64,000 bases of DNA from Phyllobates terribilis (taxonomy: Eukaryota): contig NW_027362765.1 of NCBI RefSeq assembly GCF_046119375.1, positions 222,084,001-222,148,000 on the forward strand, written 5' to 3'. The translations under genes and the position numbers were made by a program. Under the pieces are notes generated by a model. That model did not search any database and had not been told where the DNA came from. It saw only the letters and a program-made list of their open reading frames with translations. Below, in pieces: positions 61,367 to 64,000 of this stretch (within the stretch, counting starts at the first letter, position 1; the number at the start of each line of letters is the position of its first letter).

Positions 61367-62799
61367 TTAACCCCTTTCTGATGTATGTACGTCTTGGTGA
61401 CCTGGGCCGATTGGACCAATGATGTACTATTAGGTCATATGGCAATTGCGCCCGCACACAAGCGGTGCGGGGCGATCGCCGCCGGGTACTATGTGCAGGG
61501 AGCGGTCCCGCACCGCTCCCAGCACATTAACCCCCTCAATGCTGCGATCAAAGTCTATCGCAGCATTGCGGTGGCAAGGGGAGGTGATCGCAATACTCAC
61601 CTCCTCTTCCGGCCTCCAGCTCTGTCTGCCGCGGCTTCCCGGATATTGCCATGACGACCCGATGTCGTCATGACAACATCCGAGTCACCAGACAGCAGGA
61701 AGATTCTTTGGTCATTTGCAGTGCATGACCAAACTATCTTCTCCCTGTGCAGCGCTGACTGCCTGCATGGCACAGGGATGGTGCTGCATTCCTGTGCTAT
61801 ACAGGCGATCAGAATAAAAAAAGTGAAAGTCCCAGAGGGGGACACAGAATAAAAGTCCAAAAAGTGTTAAAAACTGAAAAAAAAAATTGTAAAAATATTA
61901 AAAAAAAAATATTAAAAAAAATCCACCAAAAATAAAAATATAATGTACCCATCAATAAATATTATTATGAAAAAACAAAACAAAAAAAACAATAAAAGTA
62001 CACATATTTGGTATCGCCGTGTCCATAACAACCTGACCTATAAAACTGTCCCACTAGTTAACCCTTTTAGTGAATACGGTAAAAAATAAAAATAAAAAAA
62101 CGAAGCAAAAAACAATGCTTTATCATGATACTGCCAAACAAAAAATGAAATAACACACGATCAAAAAGACGAATATAAATAAAAATGGTACCGCTGAAAA
62201 CATCATCTTGTCCCGCAAAAAGCAAGCCACCATACAGCTCCAATGGCCGAAAAATAAAAAAGTTATAGCTCTCAGAATAAAGCGATGCAAAAAAATATTT
62301 TTTTCTATAAAATAGCTTTTATTGTGTAAAAGCGCCAAAACATAGAAAAACGATATAAATGTGGTACCACTGTAAACGTACTGACCCAAAGAATAACGCT
62401 GCCTTATGAATTTTACCACACGCGGAACAGCATAAAAAAAAAAACATAAAAAAATTCTGGAATTGCTGTTTTTTGTTTATTCTGCCTCCCAGAAATCGGA
62501 ATAGAAAGCGATCAAAAAATGTCAAGTGCTTGAAAATGGCACCAATAAAAACGTCAAGTCATCCCGCAAAAAAACAAGCCGCCATATGACTCTGTCGGCC
62601 AAAATATGGAAAAATTATAGCTCTCAAAATATGGCGATGCAAAAATTAGATTTTGCAAAAAAATGCGTCTTTTAGTGTGTGACAGCTGTCAATCATAAAA
62701 ACCCAATATGATTCTGGTATTGCTGTAATCGCACCGACCCGAAGAATAAAGTCGTCTAATCACTTATACTGCACGAGGAACGGCGTAAAAAATAAACTC

Positions 62800-62838
62800 T
62801 AGGGTTAGGGTTGTGTTAGGGTTAGGGTTGGGCTAGGG
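62800..62838 (+). repeat. Degenerate TTAGGG-like repeats
   Basis: TAGGGTTAGGGTTGTGTTAGGGTTAGGGTTGGGCTAGGG. Confidence 0.8.
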
Positions 62839-62893
62839 ATTTTTTTCAAAAGTAAAAAAAAAAAAAAAAAAAAAAAGATGACGATATGGCGAC

Positions 62894-63176
62894 TAGTGTT
62901 GCGCGCAAGTGCTCGCTACTTTTGCATCGGGTGCTTGGGTATGCACCGAGTATCGCGGGTGCTCGAGTGACATGCTCGAGTCTCTGCCCCATATGCTTCG
63001 TGGCCAAAAAAACCTGTGGGGGATTGCCTGCCATGCACGAGCGATCCCCACATGTTTTTTTTGGGGTGTCTAATAACCATGAAACATGTGAGTGGGGACT
63101 TGAGCATGTCACTCGAGCACCCATGGTGCATGCCCGTGATGCAAACTCAAGTAGCGAGCACTTGCGCTCAAGACTA
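62894..63176. mobile_element. hAT-like palindromic MITE
   Basis: TAGTGTTGCGCGCAAGTGCTCGCTACT...AGTAGCGAGCACTTGCGCTCAAGACTA. 8-bp TSD ATGGCGAC/ATGACAAC (6/8). Confidence 0.75.
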
Positions 63177-63522
63177 ATGACAACTTATTCAATATGATGA
63201 CCTAATGTTATCAAATTCTGTGTCATACCTCTGGATTCAAAATGTTCACTATACCCCTTGATAAAATCCTTGAGGGGTGTAGTTTCCAAAATGGGGTCAC
63301 TTGTGGGGGGGTTTCCACTGTTTAGGCACATCAGGGGCTCTCCAAACGCGACATGGCGTCCGCTCTCGATTCCAGCCAATTTTGCGTTCAAAAAGTCACA
63401 CAGTGCTCCTTCCCTTCTGAACTCTGCCGTGCACCCAAACACTGTATTTTCCCCACATATGGGGTATTGGCGTACTCAGGAGTAATTGCACAACAGTTTT
63501 TGGGGTCCATTTTCTCCTCTAA

Positions 63523-64000
63523 GGCTGTGTGCCCACAATGCGTTTTTTAAGCGTTTCCGCAGCAGCAAAAACGCTGCAGAAACGCTTAAAAACGCATAGT
63601 AGAAGGCCTACCATGTTCCCCAATGATAATCCGCATGTGCTGTGCACATGCTGCGGAAATTTCCGCTGCGGATTATCATTGCGGAAAAAAACGCAGCACT
63701 ACCAATTATTTTGCGGAAGTGCTGCGTTTTTGCCACCATTGACTTGCATTAGAACGTGCCAATTCTGCAAGACTGCATCTGTACTTGCGTAATTGGCGCG
63801 TTCTAATGTGCGGATGATACCCGGGTGTGGAGGACAGGAGACTCTCCTCCACACCCAGGTACCATTAAAAGCTGTAAAAAAAAGAATAAAATAAAAAATA
63901 AAGATTATATTCACCTTCCGACGGCCCCCGGACTCCTTCCCTGTGGTGGCTGCCGACAGATCGCGCAGGACTGAAGGACCTGCGCTGACGTCACAGTCAT
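63523..64000. mobile_element. Harbinger-type MITE, left part
   Basis: TAA|GGCTGTGTGCCCAC, same family as 57942. Confidence 0.7.

Larger units (their letters stand above)
61371..64000. mobile_element. Large piggyBac-like non-autonomous element, runs off the window
   Basis: TTAA|CCCCTTTCTGA left end. Interior is homologous to 41780-42320 and 44740-45410. Confidence 0.55.

Overview
Repeat-saturated vertebrate genomic DNA, almost certainly a frog (Frog Prince-type Tc1, TTAA-flanked T2/Kolobok and piggyBac-like MITEs, Tf1/sushi chromoviruses). No host gene, RNA gene or CRISPR array could be recognised. There are two N gaps. Content: about 14 Tc1/mariner copies from about 10 TIR families, mostly dead and chained end to end through (TA)n tracts; three full-length Ty3/Gypsy elements with TSDs (two self-priming-type chromoviruses, one with identical LTRs, and one tRNA-Ser-primed long-LTR element one nonsense codon from intact); at least five solo LTRs; Harbinger, hAT, Tc2, Kolobok and piggyBac-like MITEs; Penelope and CR1 relics; several minisatellites; and a perfect 512-bp palindrome. 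Most notable observation: three related long LTRs each carry, about 155-165 nt inside their 3' end, a CCAC(A/G)-GG-TGG motif that looks like a second LTR-end/primer-binding-site junction. It matches the 3' end of a tRNA-Ser, and the matched isoacceptor differs between LTR subfamilies. All family names and tRNA matches come from motif recognition and recalled sequences, not from database searches.
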